Shown piece by piece: positions 59,752-64,000 of a stretch of DNA of 64,000 nucleotides. Position 1 is the stretch's first letter; each line of letters opens with the position of its first letter. The notes under the pieces are model-generated. The model saw only the letters and a list, made by a program, of their open reading frames with translations, was not told the DNA's origin and did no database searches. The position numbers were made by a program, and so were the translations under genes. Origin of the DNA: Piromyces finnis finn (lineage: Eukaryota; Fungi; Neocallimastigomycota); assembly GCA_002104945.1 (NCBI GenBank), contig MCFH01000007.1, positions 558,001 through 622,000 on the forward strand, read 5' to 3'.

Positions 59752-61741
59752 ACAATTCTCGAAATCTTTTGATGTGAAGAAAGGAGTCCGTCAAGGTTGC
59801 CCTCTTTCTCCTATTCTCTTTAATCTCTTTATTAATGATATATTTAGAGAGTGCGAAGATCTAGGAGTCAGTTTAGGTGACACTCGATGCTGTGGTGGAC
59901 TTTTTGCAGATGATATAGTTATTTGTGCTCCAACAAGAGGATGCTTAAAAAAGATGCTTAGAAGAGTTAATGAATGGGCATTGTATAATGAAATGGAATT
60001 TGGTATCCAGAAATGTTCAACGATGGTGATTCGTCCTGAATCAATAGAAAATCAGAACAAGAGAGATCCAACATTTTACTTAGCAGGACAACCCATTCCA
60101 ACTACTGATTGCTATACTTATCTTGGTGTTCCATTTGATAAGAATCTGTCCCTTAAACCAGTAATTAAAGCTCTTAATAACAAGGTTTTGAAAGGGCTTT
60201 TCTCAGTCAGTAAATTCTTAAGAAATCCTAATATTCCTATTCCTTTCAAAAAACTAGTACTTAACTCACAAGTGATTAGCAGAGTTTCATACTTTGCACC
60301 ATTACTTGGATCCAACAAAGCTAGGTCTAGGATTGCTCAGAAGCATGTTAACAAAGGAATACGATGGGTTGCCGGAGTTCATAAAGCTGTATCGTTTATA
60401 TCTTTATACTCTATTTCAAAAGATTTGAATATTCCTCCATTGTCAGCCAAATGTGCGTTAGCTCAGGTTAGATGTTTTAACAAATGGAAAAACTCAAATT
60501 GTATTATCTCACACCTTGTCAATTACATTCCTAAATTTAGAAAATACACGTGGTGCAAATCAAGTAGGACACTTGATAAAAAATTAAAGAAACATGGAGA
60601 TGTTAAAGCAGTTAAAAACTTTTATTGGAAAGATCTCAAAGGGAATTCAATCAAAGCGCAATATTATGATGATAATAAATTTATTGAAACTAAAGATTTT
60701 ATTAAATTATGTTATGAGTACCCAGAGTTTGCCTATGGCTTCTACTGGCTATTGAAAGCAAGAAGCGGATACAAGTTGGATGCTAGAGTTGCCAAAGCTG
60801 CCAAATTTGTTGATCCAGTTTGTCCTAACTACTGTCCATGTTGCAAGTGTGGAGATCAAAGTATTAAACATTGGTTATTAGATTGTCCAACATTTAGAGA
60901 TATCCGTATTAAACATTATGATTCTATAGTCCATCTATTAAATTTTTTCAGTCAACGTAATTCCAATAGTCCTATCAATAATAATGAAAATGTTAATATC
61001 AGCAGAGATAGCAATAACAGTAATAGTAATAGTAATAATATTAATAATAACAATAGTAATAATAACAATAGTAGTAATAGAAATAATAATATTAGTAATG
61101 ATAGCAATAGTGATGATAATAATTCTAATTTAGATAGTAATTTAGTTGATGATAGTAATAGTTCTAATAATCCGGTGAATATTAATGTGTATGATTATTC
61201 TAGTGTGTGCAGTAAAATATTTAAATTCCTTCTTGGGGGAAGAAGTTTTAACAATATTAATTACAATTCAAGGGAATGGAAAGAACTTTGTAAGCGTCAG
61301 ATTCAATCTGGTACTAATGAAGGAACACCATTCTTGACGGTAACCGCGGAACTTCTAACCAAAATCATGCCTTTTGCTATTGGCCAGCAATGGTCAATGT
61401 TCAAAAGGTTTGAAGCAACATCCAAGAGCGTCAATGCTGAAGAAACAGTAAGACAGGCCAGGAGGGCCAGCGCAACCAATGGAGATCATAATTTTGTCCC
61501 ATGATAAAATTTTGATCTTTGGCTCGGTGTCCCATTGGAAGTCAAATACAATTATTATACTTTAGTATGATAGTGGCTTTGTTACTTTAATTAAAATTAC
61601 TAGAATACATTATACCCAATTTTTATTCATTTGTGTTTATTTAAACATATTTTTTTTATTTTTATTTTTATTTTTTTATTTTTTATTACATGTATTATAA
61701 TTTTAATTAAATTAATAATAAAGTTTAAAATATTTGATGAC

Positions 61742-61782
<41 letters not shown>
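59750..61782 (+). mobile_element. LINE copy 2, same family, more strongly 5'-truncated, A38 tail
   Basis: Begins GGACAATTCTCGAAATC, equivalent to 57683 of copy 1, directly after copy 1's poly(A). Near-identical protein to TGA 61504, the same 3' UTR, and poly(A) at 61745-61782. Confidence 0.92.
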
Positions 61783-61785
<3 letters not shown>

Positions 61786-62143
61786 TCATGCTCATGGTAC
61801 TGAGAGAGTAGAAAGAATTAAATCCAAGTATTGCGCAATGGATGCTTGGTGCCCTCTTGGGAACGTGCCTTCATTTATTTAATAATGGAGTTTATCAAGG
61901 GGGTCTACTCATGCTCATGGTACTGAGAGAGTAGAAAGAATTAAATCCAAGTATTGCGCAATGGATGCTTGGTGCCCTCTTGGGAACGTGCCTTCATTTA
62001 TTTAATAAATGGAGTTTCTCAAGGGGGACTACTCATGCTCATGGTACTGAGAAAGTATAAAGAATTAAATCCAAGTATTGCGCAATGGATGCTTGGTTAG
62101 TCTTTAAAGGAAAATTATTAGGACTAAGCTCATGGTACTGAGC
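61783..62143 (+). repeat. Tandem 123/124-bp monomers at the 5' end of the third LINE (2 full, 1 partial, 1 remnant)
   Basis: TACTCATGCTCATGGTACTGAG... starts at 61783, 61906 and 62030 (partial to 62096). A GCTCATGGTACTGAG remnant lies at 62128-62142. Confidence 0.9.
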
Positions 62144-62742
62144 GATTAAAAAACATTTTATTCATCGAATTTAAGTATTTGATGAATAAGTTGAATGTTT
62201 GATATTCAGGTAAGTTTGTATAGTATTTTATTAGAAGAGTATTACATTTTGTTGCTGTATTTTTTCTTTTATTCATGTATTCATGTAGTACTACTCTTCT
62301 CTTGTAAGAATCCAATGTAGTCAACTTTAGCATTTGCATTGTATTTTTATATTCATGTAGCTATTGTTGTATTGTTTCTTGTAAGAGACTGATTCACTCT
62401 ACATCATGTAAAAATACTATTCACAAGCTTTCTGGTGTCGACATTCTTGATTCAAATTTTTTACCAATTTAAATATTTAATGAAAAGTAAAGTCAAACAA
62501 TTTTAGTGTCAAAAAGCGAATCGAATTTACTAACAACAAACCAAAACTAGAATTTTTAAAGAAAATTTACAACTAGAATTCAAAAAAAAAGAAACTTTAA
62601 ACAAAGCATCGTAACAATTTTTGTTCTATCCAGTACTTTTAAGAAGAGAGAGAGAGACAGATTTTTTTCCATATACGTTATATTTGTAATTTTTATTAGT
62701 ATTTATTTTATATTCAATATTTTTTAATTAGAATTAATTATC

Positions 62743-63102
62743 ATGTCAGTCCTTTATATTAAAGATAAGAATTATATCAGACGTGGTACCCGGTCTTATG
62801 GTATCCCCTTAGATGATATTCGCTCCTTCTTTATCCGTGGTATTCGATCATGGTCAGTAAATATGCTATGGGAAAAACTCGAGGTTATTCTAGAAGATAA
62901 ATTTAATTCAGTTATTAGTGTTAAATATTTTCAGACTTTCAATGTTCACTTTTTCTTAGTCAAGGTTCATGGTTCATCGAAAGATTGTATTAAAATCTTA
63001 CACATGTTAAAGAAGAAACTTTCAGTTACCTCAATTTCCTTTTCAGCTCGTAGTAGAAGGAATCACAAATACACTTTTTCCACACTCAAACGTAAAATTT
63101 AA
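62743..63102 (+). CDS. LINE ORF1-like / N-terminal RRM-like domain (119 aa)
   Basis: The ATG ORF lies immediately upstream of the endonuclease frame. The pattern FFIRGI - helix - VISVKYF - HFFLVKV - helix - SISF fits an RRM beta-alpha-beta-beta-alpha-beta order by eye only. Confidence 0.5.
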   Translation: MSVLYIKDKNYIRRGTRSYGIPLDDIRSFFIRGIRSWSVNMLWEKLEVILEDKFNSVISVKYFQTFNVHFFLVKVHGSSKDCIKILHMLKKKLSVTSISFSARSRRNHKYTFSTLKRKI

Positions 63103-64000
63103 TTTCTAATAAACATCAACATTCTATTCAACAATCATTTCAACAATCAGTTCAACAATCTCATCAACAATCCGATCTTCAACAAGATCTTCAACAGGAT
63201 CTTCAACAGGATCTTCAACAAGTTTCCCATCATGAAAATATTCCAGATCTACAGCAAACACAATTTCAATCTCAACATTCAACAATTAATTCTAATAGCT
63301 CTATCAACTCTGATAACAGTTCAATAGTTGATAGTTCTTCAGTTTCACAGCCATCTAGTAATAGTTCTACTTATTCCTCTGATGCATCATCCATTAATAA
63401 CGATGACTTTAATAATAATAATAATAGCAACGATTCTTCCTCATCCAACAAGCCTGATAACTTTTCTTTTTGTCTTAGTTGGAACACCAATGGGTGGAAT
63501 CACGAAAAGAGAGATAGTATTAGCTATTTCACAGCTATTTTCAAACCATTATTTTTATGTTTCCAAGAAACTGGTAATGGTTCTGGATCGAATACAGATT
63601 ATCCTTGTCGTGTTACTTTGCGAAACTATAGACACTTTTTCAAGAAAGCTGACGAATCAGTTCCGGGAATGAGAGGTTTATATTTAGGTTTTCACAATTC
63701 GTGTCAAGCCTCACTTGAAAACTTCTCTGGAAAATATATTATTTCTATTTATACTTTTAGTCTCTGGAATAGATTCAAATGCTCGATTGGAAATGTTTAT
63801 ATGCCTCATAGTCATCACAACATCTATGTTGATCATGCAAAGTTAGAAGTTCGCTTGTGGTTACAAACTCATTCATCCCATCCATCGATTCTTGTTGGTG
63901 ATTTTAATATGTCTAAAGTAAAATTATCCAACTGGTTATCAACTAATGGATTAGGAGATTGGGAAATTCTTCCGCTTAGAGGGTCTACTATCTCTTGGAC
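63096..64000 (+). CDS. Gln/Ser/Asn-rich linker + apurinic/apyrimidinic-type endonuclease of the LINE (partial, not in the ORF track)
   Basis: Manual translation: NLISNKHQHSIQQSFQQ...(DLQQ)x4...FCLSWNTNGWNHEKR...CFQETG...GNVYMPH...ILVGDFNMS, with no stop to the window edge. The first ATG is at 63669, inside the domain. Confidence 0.85.

Larger units (their letters stand above)
61783..64000 (+). mobile_element. 5' part of a third, probably full-length APE-type LINE (5' repeats, UTR, RRM-like ORF, endonuclease); runs off the window
   Basis: Starts right after copy 2's poly(A). The frame 63096-64000 is stop-free and encodes APE/EEP motifs CLSWNTNG, LCFQET, IGNVYMP and ILVGDFN. Whether it is the same family as copies 1 and 2 cannot be seen. 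Confidence 0.8.

Noticed and set aside
61783-62143. CRISPR-like or hammerhead/HDV ribozyme repeats
   Set aside because: Units are wholly repeated with no unique spacers and the host is eukaryotic. CTGAGAG...GAAA does not match the CUGANGA core, and no HDV P1/P1.1 pairing was found by eye. A covariance-model search is still warranted.
63328-63672. 114-aa ORF in the track
   Set aside because: Overlaps, in another frame, the stop-free frame that carries clear APE motifs.

Overview
Extremely AT-rich, intron-rich eukaryotic DNA. A fungal-type scaffoldin-like gene, a CBM18 array gene and A/T-run-rich introns point to an anaerobic gut fungus (Neocallimastigomycota; inference). From left to right: a multi-exon gamma-tubulin complex gene (SPC98/GCP3, +); a convergent CHO2 phosphatidylethanolamine methyltransferase (-); a 558-bp poly(A)-tailed SINE-like insertion with a tRNA-like head and a perfect 14-bp TSD (-); a many-exon LRR gene (-); two large low-complexity ORFs that may be two exons of one gene (+); a secreted protein with 13 hevein/CBM18 modules fused to a bacterial-type DUF4874/DUF4832-like domain (-); a two-exon ~904-aa scaffoldin-like gene largely missed by the ORF track (+); and a head-to-tail stack of three non-LTR retrotransposon (LINE) segments running off the right edge. 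The main discovery is a candidate SINE-LINE partnership. The SINE at 16.8-17.4 kb shares a 50-nt segment (45 of 50 nt identical) and the terminal GACGTT(A)n with LINE copies ~40 kb away. All substitutions in the shared segment fall in a predicted internal loop or form a compensatory base pair. No CRISPR, rRNA or intact tRNA was found. No database searches were possible, so family names rest on motif recognition.
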